Of a stretch of 64,000 nt of DNA, positions 18,399 to 29,049 are shown one piece after another. The stretch's first letter is position 1. Every line of letters starts with the position of its first letter. This DNA comes from Candidatus Dojkabacteria bacterium (GTDB taxonomy: Bacteria > Patescibacteriota > Dojkabacteria > SC72). The translations under genes and the position numbers were made by a program. Where the stretch lies: NCBI GenBank assembly GCA_035370505.1, contig DAOOVU010000001.1:17109-81108 (forward strand), in the 5' to 3' direction. The notes under the pieces are model-generated. The model searched no databases and had not been told where the DNA came from. It worked only from the letters and a program-made list of their open reading frames with translations.

Positions 18399-20657
18399 CT
18401 ATGCACTTTGTTCGTCATCTTGTTCTCTTTTTATTATCTCATCAACTGAGTGAGCAAGTACTTTTCTTGGTTTAGAGCCTTCTTCTGGCCCTATTGCCCC
18501 AGCTTCATATAGCTCATCTATGAGTCGTGCAGCCTTATTGTAGCCTATCCTCATCTTTCTTTGTAAAAATGATGAAGATGCCTTCTGTGTGAGAATTACT
18601 ATTTCTAAAGCTTTCTCAAAATCTGGATCTCTCACGCCTGCTTCTTGGATAGATGATCCTTCCTTATTCTTTTCGATTGCTTTTGCCAGTTCCTCGGAGT
18701 ATTCAATATCTTCTTCTGTTATCTGTTCTTTTATCTTTTGAATAATGTTTTCAGTATCTTCTGTAGTTGTATATGTTCCTTGAATTCTCAGTGCTCTTGG
18801 TGTTGTTTGGTCTTTGTAAAGCATATCTCCATTACCAAGTAGTGTCTCTGCTCCTGATTCATCTAAAATTACTCTTGAATCAATGAGTGTAGAGACTGCA
18901 AATGCCATTCTTCCAGGAATGTTTGATTTTATGAGGCCAGTTATTACATTAACTGTTGGTTTTTGTGTTGCTAGAATTAAGTGGATACCAACTGCTCTTC
19001 CCATTTGGGCAAGTCTTTGAATTTTAGTTTCAACCTCTATTCCTGAAGTAAGCATCAAATCTGCCATTTCATCAACTACTACAACAATATATGGCATTGC
19101 TGTAAATCCCATTTTTGTATTGTATTCAGAAAGCTTCTTAACATGCATCTGCTTGAGTAGTCTATATCTTCGCATCATTTCATCAATTACCCAGTCGAAT
19201 GCGTTTGAAGTTAGAGAAACATCGGTGATAACTGGATTGAGGAGATGAGGAATACCATTGTATATTCCCATTTCAACGCCCATTTTAGGATCAACCATTA
19301 TGAATTTTACTTCATCAGGAGTTTTAGTCATTAGTAAACCTGCAAGAAGTGAATTGATTGCGACAGATTTTCCTGTTCCTGTTGCACCTGCAACGAGCAA
19401 ATGAGGAATTTTTGCTAGATCCTTTATAATTGTTTTGCCTGTAATATCTTTACCTAGGATTAATGGCAACTCATATTTATTAGGATCCTGTTTCATCTCT
19501 TGTCTTAGCTTTTTTACCATATCCTTTGTATAGACGAAATTCGGTGTAGGATTTGGTATTTCTACTCCTATAAATGAAGTTCCCGGAATAGGCGCCTCTA
19601 TTCTTATAGATGCTGTTTGTGATGCTAGAGCAAGTGCTAGATCATTGCTCAGATTTTTTACCTTTGAAACTTTTGTTCCTGTACTAATGCTTAAAGAGAA
19701 TCTTAGGACTGTTGGTCCTACAGCTATTGCAACAACTTTGGATTGAATACCAAAATTTCTTAAAGTTACTTCAATTATTTTTGCCTTCTCCTTGTATATC
19801 CTTTCATCTTGTTTTTGATGCTCTCTCTCTGGGAGGATATCTACTGAAGGAAATATCCAATTTGTAAATTTAGGTCTTTGAGGTTCATTGTTATCTGTTT
19901 CTAAATTAGCTCCTTGTGAATATTGTTGAGGATTTTCATCCTCCCCAAAATTTTCATCCTTAGGTGCTGAGTCTCCATGGAGAATCTCTTCTAACCTTCT
20001 TTCCTGTTCTTCTTCATCTGTCTGTTCCACATATGGTTCTGCTGTCTGTATTTCTTCTCCACTTATCTGAATGTCTCCTTCTTTTTTCTCAAAACCAATC
20101 TTTTTGAAAAAATCTTTCAAATTGAATCCTTTTTTCTCATTTCCATTTTCTTCAGGAATTTTGTTTTCTACGAAATCGCGAATCTGTTCCAAGGTTGTTC
20201 CAGTTATTAATGAGAAAGAAATAACGAGCATAAGTATTACAATGAGAATCTCAATGAAATTTCCAAATACTCCATTTAGAGATTGATGAAGAATTTTCCC
20301 TATTTCTCCACCTGCACCCTTAAGAGAATCTTGATTGTTAATTTGTTCTGGTGCTAGCCAAAAAGATAGTAGTACAGCTAGAGAAAGAGAAAAGAGGAAA
20401 AGGCCTAAGGCTTGTTTTTTTGATACAAATTTTTTATGTTTGAGTAGAAGAAAGAAGGAAGAATATATTAAAAGTGTTCCCCATGCTATTGATGAATATC
20501 CTAGTTTTAGTGATATGACATCAAATAGTTTGGTTTGTTCTACAAAAAAAGGAGAAAACAGCACTATTAAACCAAGTACAAAAACAATTAGACCAAAGAA
20601 TATTTTAGTTTCATTGCTTTTTATATTTATTTCTTTTGGTTTCTTTTTTCTGGACAT
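18399..20657 (-). CDS. ftsK: DNA translocase FtsK/SpoIIIE
   Basis: N-terminal TM segments; Walker A LLVAGATGTGKS; Walker B VVVDEMADL; C-terminal gamma-like winged helix ...FLQRKMRIGYNKAARLIDELYEAG. Confidence 0.85.
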   Translation of the reverse strand: MSRKKKPKEINIKSNETKIFFGLIVFVLGLIVLFSPFFVEQTKLFDVISLKLGYSSIAWGTLLIYSSFFLLLKHKKFVSKKQALGLFLFSLSLAVLLSFWLAPEQINNQDSLKGAGGEIGKILHQSLNGVFGNFIEILIVILMLVISFSLITGTTLEQIRDFVENKIPEENGNEKKGFNLKDFFKKIGFEKKEGDIQISGEEIQTAEPYVEQTDEEEQERRLEEILHGDSAPKDENFGEDENPQQYSQGANLETDNNEPQRPKFTNWIFPSVDILPEREHQKQDERIYKEKAKIIEVTLRNFGIQSKVVAIAVGPTVLRFSLSISTGTKVSKVKNLSNDLALALASQTASIRIEAPIPGTSFIGVEIPNPTPNFVYTKDMVKKLRQEMKQDPNKYELPLILGKDITGKTIIKDLAKIPHLLVAGATGTGKSVAINSLLAGLLMTKTPDEVKFIMVDPKMGVEMGIYNGIPHLLNPVITDVSLTSNAFDWVIDEMMRRYRLLKQMHVKKLSEYNTKMGFTAMPYIVVVVDEMADLMLTSGIEVETKIQRLAQMGRAVGIHLILATQKPTVNVITGLIKSNIPGRMAFAVSTLIDSRVILDESGAETLLGNGDMLYKDQTTPRALRIQGTYTTTEDTENIIQKIKEQITEEDIEYSEELAKAIEKNKEGSSIQEAGVRDPDFEKALEIVILTQKASSSFLQRKMRIGYNKAARLIDELYEAGAIGPEEGSKPRKVLAHSVDEIIKREQDDEQSA

Positions 20658-20874
20658 ACAGGCTATATGCTAAAAGATTAATGCAGATCGAACCAGTTAT
20701 ATCGTAAGTATAGCTAATGAGTGAATGAAAATACAGAGTGTGTAAGAAATTGACTTGAAATTTTCATTAAGGCTTATGGATACTAGATATTTTATGAATA
20801 TTATGATATAATTGTGGCGTATTAAAGAAAATTAAATACAGCATATTAAAAAATCAGAAAGAGGGGAATTCGTC

Positions 20875-21048
20875 ATGATATGGAAGTGTCTTTTATGTCT
20901 TTCAGGGATGTTGTTGGTGGGGACAATATTCTTTGCATGTATGGCAGTGTTTCAATATGGAACTATGCCATTATATACAAAGGTCCTGTTAATTATCTCC
21001 GGAATCGGCATTTTGTGCTCCTATGGATTCGGAGATTTTGAAGAATAG
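20875..21048 (+). CDS. Small two-helix membrane protein (57 aa)
   Basis: Strong SD GAAAGAGGGG 6-14 nt upstream of the ATG; MIWKCLLCLSGMLLVGTIFFACMAVFQYGTMPLYTKVLLIISGIGILCSYGFGDFEE. Below the ORF-track length cutoff. Confidence 0.35.
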   Translation: MIWKCLLCLSGMLLVGTIFFACMAVFQYGTMPLYTKVLLIISGIGILCSYGFGDFEE

Positions 21049-21183
21049 TGAATAGTAATCTTTCTGATTACAAAAAGAAGGGAAATGATCCTAATTACTA
21101 GCTTTCCTAGTATTTTATCGTTTCCCTTCGTTCTTTTTGTGTTATTTTATGTAAATAATTTCCTTTTAGTGGTACTATACTCT

Positions 21184-21212
21184 TTGACTATTCTTGATAA
21201 ATGTGTTAATAT
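21184..21212 (+). promoter_or_regulatory. Putative sigma70 promoter TTGACT-N17-TAATAT for rpoBC
   Basis: TTGACT at 21184-21189, 17-nt spacer, TAATAT at 21207-21212, about 110 nt upstream of the rpoB ATG. Confidence 0.35.
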
Positions 21213-21325
21213 CCCCCAAGTCCTTGGATTTTTGCTTAAAGAAGTGGTATCATACCATGCTTTGTTGGATATCGCTTCGGTCAAGTAACAAGTAATATGT
21301 TATAACATAACTAAATATTTACCCT

Positions 21326-24300
21326 ATGCTAAAACCTAAAAGTAATAGATCTGGGAGGTTGAACCTTGGCCTCGATTATTCAAAAGAGCTCGAATTCCCC
21401 AACCTCATAGAAGCTCAATTGACTTCTTTTGATAATTTTAAGAAGAATGGATTCCAAAATCTATTTGCGGATATAAATCCTGTGAAAGATACAATGGAGA
21501 GGATGTGGACTTTGGAATTCAAAGATTTTAGATGTGGAGATCCATATAGAAGTATAGAAGAGGCAACAAATAAGGGATTGTCATATGAAATTCCAGTCTA
21601 TGCAAAGGTTCAGTTAATGAACAACAAAACTGGTGAAATTAAAGAACAGGAAATATTTGTAACAGACCTTCCATGTATGACGGATGATGGTGTCTTTATC
21701 TTTAATGGAGAAAGAAGGGTTGTAACGCACCAGATTGTAAGAGCAGAAGGTGTTTTGTATGAAGAGTCAGAAAAACTTCCAACAAGAACTTTGTATAAGT
21801 GTAGGCTTATGCCTGAGAAAGGTCCTTGGTATGAAATTGACACAAACAGGCACAATGTCATATCAATGAGGGTTCTTCCTAAGAGACCAAAAGTGTTAAT
21901 AACAGAACTTTTGCGTGTATTTGGATGGGAAAGTGATGATGAAATTAGAAAGCTATTTGCTGATGTTGATACGAATGAAGAGAATAAATATATAGAGGCT
22001 ACTTTAGCAAGAGATTTTTCAAATAATAAGGAGGAGGCTGTAATCAGCATATATAACAAGCTTAGACCTGATGAATCAGTCACATTAGAGAGTGCTGAGA
22101 GGTACATTAAAAGTAATTTCTTTAATGTGAGAAAATTTAATCTGGGGAGAATTGGAAGGTATCAGTTAAATAGGAAGCTTGGAACCACATATGATATCAA
22201 TAATAAAGATGAAATTGTTTTGTATCCAAATGATATTGTACTTGCAGTTAAGAGATTAATTCAGACAAATAATGGAGAAGTTGAGCCTGATGATATTGAT
22301 CATCTTTGCAATAGAAGGATAAGGAGTGTTGGAGAAATAATTGAAAGACAACTCAATGGTGCAGTCAGAAGACTTGAGAAGAATATTAAAGACAAGATGA
22401 GTTTGTATGGACAAGATGCAAAGGTTACGCCATCAATGCTTGTTAGTACTAAGCCAATATCTGCAGCAATTCAGTCATTCTTCGGTACTAATGCTCTTTC
22501 TAGCTTTATGGATCAGACAAACATACTTTCTGAGCTTGAAAACAAAAGAAAAGTTACAGCAAGTGGTCCAGGTGGAATTACTAAAGAGAGAGCAACTTTT
22601 TCTGTGAGAGAAGTGCATAATTCTCACTATTCAAAATTTGATCCTGTAACAAGTCCGGAAAGTGCAAGTATTGGTGTTGTAACGCAGTTAGCAATGCTTG
22701 CAAGAATTAATGAATTTGGTTTCTTAGAAGCTCCATACTACAGAGTATTTCATACAGTGGAAAATACTAAGGCTAAATTAGTTCATAGAATAGCACTAGA
22801 GGATATTAAAATAGGGAAAACTGTATTAGTAAAGGCAGGTACTTTAATAGATGAAGAAACTGCAAAGAAGATAGAGAAGGAGAGCAAAATTAAAGAGATA
22901 AGTGTTAAACCATTCGTAGGAGAAGATATAGAATATCTAGATGCTATGGAGGAGGAAAAGTGTCACATATCATCTGCCACCATAACTAAAGATGAGTATG
23001 GAAATATAATTGATACACTTGTTCCAGTAAGGTACAAAGGAGATTTCTCTATTGAGGATTCTAGAATAGTTACACATGTTGATGTTGTTGCAAGCCAGCA
23101 AGCGGGATTAGGAATGTCCCTTATTCCATTCGTATCCCACGACGATGCAATGAGAGCTTTAATGGGTGCAAATCAACAAAGACAGGCTGTTCCACTTGTA
23201 AAACAGCAGGCTCCTCTTGTAGGTACTGGAATGGAAGAAGTTGTTGCAAGACAATCATCTTGGGGTATCTTTGCGGAAGAGGATGGGGAAGTTCTGTACT
23301 GTGATGCTAACAGTTTGTCTGTTAAATATTCAAAATCAGGAGTAAAAGAGTACAGAATAATATCTTTCTACAGAAGTAATGATAATCAATGCTTTACTCA
23401 AAAACCCATAGTTGAAGTAGGACAAAAATTTAAAAAAGGAGATGTTTTAGTAGATGGTCCTACCATGGTTGATGGTGAATTTTCAGCCGGAACAAATATT
23501 AGGGCGGCATTGATGTTTTATGAAGGCTACAACTATGAAGATTCTGCAGTTATTTCTGAAAGGATTGTTCGAGATGATATATTAACATCTGTGCATATTC
23601 GAGAATATTCTGTTGATATCCGAGATACTGAGCTTGGACCTGAAATGATAACTGCTGATATTCCACATATTAATGACAGGATTCTACACAAACTAGATGA
23701 AAGAGGAATAGTAATCCCAGGAGTCCAAGTTAAATCTGGAGATATTCTAGTTGGTGTAATAGCGCCTAGGGGCGAGAAGGAACTTACAGCTGAAGAACGA
23801 TTACTTCGAGCAATATTTGGAGAGTCAGCAAGTGATGTAAGAGATAATTCATTGAGAGTCCCTCATGGGGAGGAAGGAATAGTAATAAGGACGCAAATTC
23901 TTTCTACAGATAAAGGAGATAAACTTAGTCCAGGTGTTCTTCATCAGGTAAAAGTCTGGGTAGCAAGTACGAAGAAAATAGGTTTTGGAGACAAAATTGC
24001 AGGAAGACATGGAGACAAAAATACAATTGCTGCGATCAGACCTATTGAAGATATGCCATTTACAGAAGATGGAGAACCAGTAGATATTGTTCTCACTCCA
24101 ACATTCCTTAAAAGAATGAACATGGGGCAAGCTGAAGAAGTCCATTACGGACGATTTGCTGAACTTCTTAATGAGAAACTAGGTTTCCCGATTTTTGAAG
24201 GAGAAAATACAGAATGGATATCTGAAGAATTGAAAAAGAGAGGATTTTCAGATGAACAAAAAGTTGACTTGTATGATGGAAGAACCGGAGAGAAATTCCC

Positions 24301-24706
24301 AAATAAAGTTACCGTGGGAGTTAAATATGTGCTCAAGCTTCATCATATAGCTGATGAAAAAATGCATGCAAGGTCTACTGGTCCGTACACTGCTGTATCT
24401 CAGCAACCATTAAGAGGAAAAGCTCAAATGGGAGGACAGAGATTTGGAGAAATGGAAGTGTGGGCTCTTGAGTCTCATAGTGCCGCATATGCTTTGCAGG
24501 AAATGTTAACCATAAAGTCAGATGATGTAAAAGGAAGATCCGCAACGTATAAAGCAATAATCCATGGGGAAAAGATAGAGAATGTAAATATTCCAGAATC
24601 ATTCAAAGTGCTGGTTAAGGAATTAAATGCACTTTGCTTAAATATTGATTTAATTTCAACTAAAAGTAATCAGGAAGAGGAGGTTATAATTGATGAAGAA
24701 AAATAG
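21326..24706 (+). CDS. rpoB: DNA-directed RNA polymerase subunit beta
   Basis: 1126 aa with rifampicin-cluster-like FGTNALSSFMDQTN, GEMEVWALE and other beta-subunit hallmarks. Confidence 0.95.
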   Translation: MLKPKSNRSGRLNLGLDYSKELEFPNLIEAQLTSFDNFKKNGFQNLFADINPVKDTMERMWTLEFKDFRCGDPYRSIEEATNKGLSYEIPVYAKVQLMNNKTGEIKEQEIFVTDLPCMTDDGVFIFNGERRVVTHQIVRAEGVLYEESEKLPTRTLYKCRLMPEKGPWYEIDTNRHNVISMRVLPKRPKVLITELLRVFGWESDDEIRKLFADVDTNEENKYIEATLARDFSNNKEEAVISIYNKLRPDESVTLESAERYIKSNFFNVRKFNLGRIGRYQLNRKLGTTYDINNKDEIVLYPNDIVLAVKRLIQTNNGEVEPDDIDHLCNRRIRSVGEIIERQLNGAVRRLEKNIKDKMSLYGQDAKVTPSMLVSTKPISAAIQSFFGTNALSSFMDQTNILSELENKRKVTASGPGGITKERATFSVREVHNSHYSKFDPVTSPESASIGVVTQLAMLARINEFGFLEAPYYRVFHTVENTKAKLVHRIALEDIKIGKTVLVKAGTLIDEETAKKIEKESKIKEISVKPFVGEDIEYLDAMEEEKCHISSATITKDEYGNIIDTLVPVRYKGDFSIEDSRIVTHVDVVASQQAGLGMSLIPFVSHDDAMRALMGANQQRQAVPLVKQQAPLVGTGMEEVVARQSSWGIFAEEDGEVLYCDANSLSVKYSKSGVKEYRIISFYRSNDNQCFTQKPIVEVGQKFKKGDVLVDGPTMVDGEFSAGTNIRAALMFYEGYNYEDSAVISERIVRDDILTSVHIREYSVDIRDTELGPEMITADIPHINDRILHKLDERGIVIPGVQVKSGDILVGVIAPRGEKELTAEERLLRAIFGESASDVRDNSLRVPHGEEGIVIRTQILSTDKGDKLSPGVLHQVKVWVASTKKIGFGDKIAGRHGDKNTIAAIRPIEDMPFTEDGEPVDIVLTPTFLKRMNMGQAEEVHYGRFAELLNEKLGFPIFEGENTEWISEELKKRGFSDEQKVDLYDGRTGEKFPNKVTVGVKYVLKLHHIADEKMHARSTGPYTAVSQQPLRGKAQMGGQRFGEMEVWALESHSAAYALQEMLTIKSDDVKGRSATYKAIIHGEKIENVNIPESFKVLVKELNALCLNIDLISTKSNQEEEVIIDEEK

Positions 24707-27700
24707 TAAAACAAAAATGGGTGATTTTGATGCACTCAAGCTTACCCTTGCTTCTGCTGACCAGATTTTAGATTGGTCATATGGAGAAGTAACTAAAGCA
24801 GAAACAATAAACTACAGAACATTTAGAGCTGAACCTGATGGATTGTTTTGTGAGAAAATTTTTGGACCAACTAAAAACTATGAATGTTACTGTGGAAAAT
24901 ACAAGAAGATAAGGTACAAGGGTATTGTATGTGATAAATGTGGAGTTGAAGTTACATCGCAGGATGTGCGAAGAGAAAGGATGGGACATATAGAGCTTGC
25001 TATCCCAGTCGCACATGTTTGGTATGCATATGGCATTCCTAACAAAATGTCCATAGTTTTAGATATCCCTCACAAGAAGATACTTTCTGTCATCTACTAC
25101 ACAAGATATATGGTTGTTTCTGCAAATACAGAGGAGAGAGAAGCAACATTAGTAAAAGCAAGAGATTTGAAGGAAAAAGAAATTAAGGAATTGCATGAAC
25201 AGTTGGAAGAAGAGCTCAAAGCTACAACTGAGACATTTGAGCAGGAAATGAAGGCAGAAAAGAAGACAAAAGAGAAGAATAAGGAGTTCAAAGTAAGTCA
25301 GCTTGAACATAAAAGGAATCAAGCTCTTGCAAAAATTAGAAGAGACTATGCAGAAAAGGAAGAGGAGATTGAAAATTTCTATTCGAAGATAAATCAAACT
25401 CTTGAAAAATTAGAAGTTGGAACTGTTCTTTCTGAAGATGAATATTCTGATTTAGCTGATAGAGATTTAGTTTTCTTTGAAGCAATGATGGGAGCAGAGG
25501 CAATAGAAAAGCTTTTGGATAATCTGAACTTAGAAGAAGAAATTGCCAAACTAAAGAAAAGGTCAGAAAAGGAAAAGGGAGAAAAGAAATCTGCAACAGT
25601 AAGAAGGATGCAGTATCTAGAGGGATTCTTGAAGAATGGTATTAAGCCTTCAAGTATGGTTATTAGGATTCTTCCAGTACTTCCTCCTGAATTAAGACCA
25701 ATAATTCCTCTTTCTGGAGGAAAATTTGCTACTTCTGATTTGAATGATTTGTATAGGAGAATCATTAATAGAAATAACAGGCTCAAAAAGCTAATGGAAA
25801 TAGGAGCTCCTGATGTGATATTGAGAAATGAAAAAAGGATGCTTCAGGAAGCTGTAGATGCATTGATTGATAACTCGCATAGACCTTCCAAGGCAATGAT
25901 TAATAGTAAAAGACTTCCATATCAGTCTTTGACAGATGATTTAAGGGGAAAGAAAGGTATTTTCAGAAAGAATCTTCTAGGAAAGAGGGTTGATTACTCT
26001 GGGAGAGCCGTTATTGATGGTGATCCTAGTTTGAAATTTGATCAGTGTGGACTACCAAAGAGTATAGCTTTAGAAATATTTAAACCCTTTGTTATATATC
26101 AACTCTTGAATAGAGAATTAGCCCCAAATGTAAGGGTAGCAAAAGATATGATAGAGGAAGAGGAGGATGTTATCTGGGATCTTTTAGAGGAAGTAATAAA
26201 GAATAAACCAGTATTACTTAATAGAGCTCCTACCTTACATAAATATAGTGTACAGGCCTTTTATCCTAAACTTGTTGAAGGAGAGGCAATTAGAATTCAT
26301 CCACTTGTATGTAAAGCATTCAATGCAGACTTTGATGGAGATCAAATGGCAGTTCATGTGTTGTTAACAGATGAGGCTATTGAAGAGGCAAAAAAGGAAA
26401 TGATGTCCTCTCTCAACATTGTTAATATATCTAATGGAGAAGTTTTAGCATCACCAAGTAAAGAGATGCTTCTTGGATATTATTTGATGACAGATTTGAA
26501 AGAGCAGAAGAATCCTAAAATTTTTTGTGATGAAGATTCTGCAATAAAGGCATATGAAGAAGGAAAAATCTCAATAGATGAAGAAATTATAGTGAAAACA
26601 AAGGGACAGGTACTTCATACATCTGTAGGAAGAGTGATTTTCAATAATATTCTTCCTGAGGATTATCCATTTGTGAATGAGCAGATCAATATTAAGGGAT
26701 TGGGAAAAATAATAAACAAAATAAAGAACACGAGAGAACTTTCTGAGCTTGTCAGAATTTTAGATGATCTAAAGTCTCTTGGTTTTAAGTATGCTACGGA
26801 TTTAGGATTCTCATTTGCAATAAGTGATTGTGATGTTGATTTTGATTTGAAGTCAGAAATAAAGAAAATGGAAGAAAAAGATGAGCAGCTTCAGGAAAAT
26901 TACATTCAAGGTCTAATAACTCGAAAAGAGAAAACGAATATATCAATCAACATGTGGGACGATTTTGCAACAGAAATTGCGGATAAAGCATGGGAAAAAC
27001 TTGATAAACATAATCCTGTTCTTCAAATGGTAGAATCAGGAGCCAATGGAGGTAAAATACAGGCTGGACAGGTTCTTGCAATCAAAGGAGTTGTCAGAGA
27101 CTCTAGAGGAAACTTAGTAGCTATGCCAATCAAAGGAAACTACAGAGATGGTCTTAGTGCTTTTGAATATTTTGTTGCTGCTAAAGCAGGACGAAAAGGT
27201 GTAGCTGATAGATCTTTGAAGACTTCTTCATCTGGTTACTTAACTAGAAAACTTGTTGATGTTGCTCATGATGTAATAATCCGACACGATGATTGTGGAT
27301 ATGATGGGGAAGGATTAGCAATCAGAAGAGAAGACAACAGAAGGATAGAGTTTAAAGATAGGATATATGGAAGAGTATTAGCAAAGGATGTTACAGTTGG
27401 AAAGAAAGTTATTGGAAAAAAGAATGAGATCATAACACAAGATATAGCAGAACAAATAGATAGTGCGGGTATTAATGAGGTTTCAGTGAGGACGCCTTTG
27501 CTCTGTAAGTCTCCTATTGGAATTTGTAAAAAGTGCTATGGATTGAACTTAGAGAATGGAAAAGAAATAGATATGGGAAGGGCAGTTGGTGTAATTGCAG
27601 CACAATCAATTGGTGAGCCTAGCACTCAGATGACTATGCAGACATTCCATAAAGGAGGAGTTCAAAAGATAGATATAACACAGGGTCTTCCAAGAATAGA

Positions 27701-28577
27701 TGAGCTTTTTGAAGCAAGAACACCAAAAGCTGAAGCAAGTGTGTCCTCAATTGATGGAAAAGTTCATATTGATGTAGCAGAAGATGAGTCTGCCATAATT
27801 ACAATAACGGGAACTAGGAAACTAGTAAGATATAGTATTGTCTCTCGAGCAAAAAGTTTACTTGTTCAAAGTGGTCAGGAGGTAAAAAATGGTGAGGTGA
27901 TGTTTGTCGATGAATATGGAGATGAGAGACAAGCTCCGTTTGATGGAGTTGCAATGATTGATGGCGGAATATTAACCTTAACTGGTACTGTCAAAGCAGA
28001 AGAATCAATTCCTGTACTTCCAGGAGTTAGTATTTTGGTAGAAGATGGAAGTCTTGTAAAAGCTGGGACACAACTAACGGAAGGTTCTCTAGATCCGAAG
28101 AAGTTGGCAGAAGCTGTAGATATACTTTCTGCTCAAAAATATATTCTAGACGGTGTTCAGGAAGTATTTAACAAGAATGGAGTTTCTGTCGATGATATCC
28201 ATATTGAAATAATACTCCGACAAATGGCGAGATTAGGAAAAGTAGTTGAATCAGGAGATTCAAGTTATTTGATAGGATCATTTGTTAATAGATTTATGGG
28301 AGAAGTTAAGAATGAAATTCTGGTATCAGAAGGAAAGAATAAAGCATTGATACTTCCTGTCCTTTTGGGAATTAAGACATCATCTTTGAATACTGAGAGT
28401 TTCCTCTCCTCTATTTCATTCCAAGAGCAAGTTAGAGTCCTTACAAATGCCGCCATATTAGGGAAAACCGATTACCTAAGAGGTATGAAGGAGAATGTAA
28501 TAATTGGTAAATTAATTCCTGTTGGAGAAAGAGCTGAAGTGAAAGACTTTAAATCTCTGGAGGAGTTTAAAAATTAG
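24690..28577 (+). CDS. rpoC: DNA-directed RNA polymerase subunit beta'
   Basis: Zinc finger CYCGKYKK...CDKCGVEV; catalytic NADFDGDQMAVH; overlaps the rpoB stop by 17 nt. Carries a K/E-rich coiled-coil insertion at ~25100-25600. Confidence 0.95.
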   Translation: MMKKNSKTKMGDFDALKLTLASADQILDWSYGEVTKAETINYRTFRAEPDGLFCEKIFGPTKNYECYCGKYKKIRYKGIVCDKCGVEVTSQDVRRERMGHIELAIPVAHVWYAYGIPNKMSIVLDIPHKKILSVIYYTRYMVVSANTEEREATLVKARDLKEKEIKELHEQLEEELKATTETFEQEMKAEKKTKEKNKEFKVSQLEHKRNQALAKIRRDYAEKEEEIENFYSKINQTLEKLEVGTVLSEDEYSDLADRDLVFFEAMMGAEAIEKLLDNLNLEEEIAKLKKRSEKEKGEKKSATVRRMQYLEGFLKNGIKPSSMVIRILPVLPPELRPIIPLSGGKFATSDLNDLYRRIINRNNRLKKLMEIGAPDVILRNEKRMLQEAVDALIDNSHRPSKAMINSKRLPYQSLTDDLRGKKGIFRKNLLGKRVDYSGRAVIDGDPSLKFDQCGLPKSIALEIFKPFVIYQLLNRELAPNVRVAKDMIEEEEDVIWDLLEEVIKNKPVLLNRAPTLHKYSVQAFYPKLVEGEAIRIHPLVCKAFNADFDGDQMAVHVLLTDEAIEEAKKEMMSSLNIVNISNGEVLASPSKEMLLGYYLMTDLKEQKNPKIFCDEDSAIKAYEEGKISIDEEIIVKTKGQVLHTSVGRVIFNNILPEDYPFVNEQINIKGLGKIINKIKNTRELSELVRILDDLKSLGFKYATDLGFSFAISDCDVDFDLKSEIKKMEEKDEQLQENYIQGLITRKEKTNISINMWDDFATEIADKAWEKLDKHNPVLQMVESGANGGKIQAGQVLAIKGVVRDSRGNLVAMPIKGNYRDGLSAFEYFVAAKAGRKGVADRSLKTSSSGYLTRKLVDVAHDVIIRHDDCGYDGEGLAIRREDNRRIEFKDRIYGRVLAKDVTVGKKVIGKKNEIITQDIAEQIDSAGINEVSVRTPLLCKSPIGICKKCYGLNLENGKEIDMGRAVGVIAAQSIGEPSTQMTMQTFHKGGVQKIDITQGLPRIDELFEARTPKAEASVSSIDGKVHIDVAEDESAIITITGTRKLVRYSIVSRAKSLLVQSGQEVKNGEVMFVDEYGDERQAPFDGVAMIDGGILTLTGTVKAEESIPVLPGVSILVEDGSLVKAGTQLTEGSLDPKKLAEAVDILSAQKYILDGVQEVFNKNGVSVDDIHIEIILRQMARLGKVVESGDSSYLIGSFVNRFMGEVKNEILVSEGKNKALILPVLLGIKTSSLNTESFLSSISFQEQVRVLTNAAILGKTDYLRGMKENVIIGKLIPVGERAEVKDFKSLEEFKN

Positions 28578-28601
28578 TTGATTTTGTATATAATAAGCAC
28601 C

Positions 28602-29021
28602 ATGCCAACAATAAATCAGTTAGTAAGAAAACCTAGGAAATCAAGTCAAAAGAAAGCAAAGCATACTCAATTGGCTAGAGATTTCAATCCGTTGAAAAAT
28701 AGATACAAGAAGACACCAAATCCTTTCAAGAGAGGGGTATGTCTTCAGGTTAAAACAATGACACCTAAGAAGCCTAATTCAGCCTTAAGAAAAGTTGCCA
28801 AGGTTAGAATGTCTAACGGAATGGAAGTTACAGCATATATTCCAGGTGAAGGACATAACCTTCAGGAACACTCAGTTGTGCTACTCAAGGCTGGACGAAA
28901 AAGGGATCTTCCTGGTGTAAAATACATTGTAGTCAGAGGAAAATATGATGCAGGAGGAGTAAAAGGAAGGAAGAAAGCAAGATCTAAGTATGGGGTTAAG
29001 AAAGAGGATGTTGAAAAATAG
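28602..29021 (+). CDS. rpsL: 30S ribosomal protein S12
   Basis: [13 protein letters not shown]...[11 protein letters not shown]...; the ORF-track start at 28578 is a TTG-initiated extension and is rejected. Confidence 0.95.
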   Translation: MPTINQLVRKPRKSSQKKAKHTQLARDFNPLKNRYKKTPNPFKRGVCLQVKTMTPKKPNSALRKVAKVRMSNGMEVTAYIPGEGHNLQEHSVVLLKAGRKRDLPGVKYIVVRGKYDAGGVKGRKKARSKYGVKKEDVEK

Positions 29022-29049
29022 TTATTTTTAATTGTAATTTGATTTAATA

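Noticed and set aside
20641-20720. GGTTCGATC (minus strand) resembling a tRNA T-loop, flanked by a GCTATA...TATAGC stem
   Set aside because: The pairing region spans only ~53 nt with no D-arm or anticodon-arm geometry, so it is too short for a tRNA. It is most likely a hairpin in the ftsK upstream region.
21085-21288. 67-aa hydrophobic ORF in the rpoB upstream region
   Set aside because: It overlaps the predicted TTGACT-N17-TAATAT rpoB promoter, has no SD, and its composition is typical of an AT-rich frame artefact.
28578-28601. ORF-track N-terminal extension of rpsL (MILYIIST...) starting with TTG
   Set aside because: Ribosomal S12 universally begins MPTINQL. The ATG at 28602 gives the canonical N-terminus; the extension starts 1 nt after the rpoC stop with a non-ATG codon.
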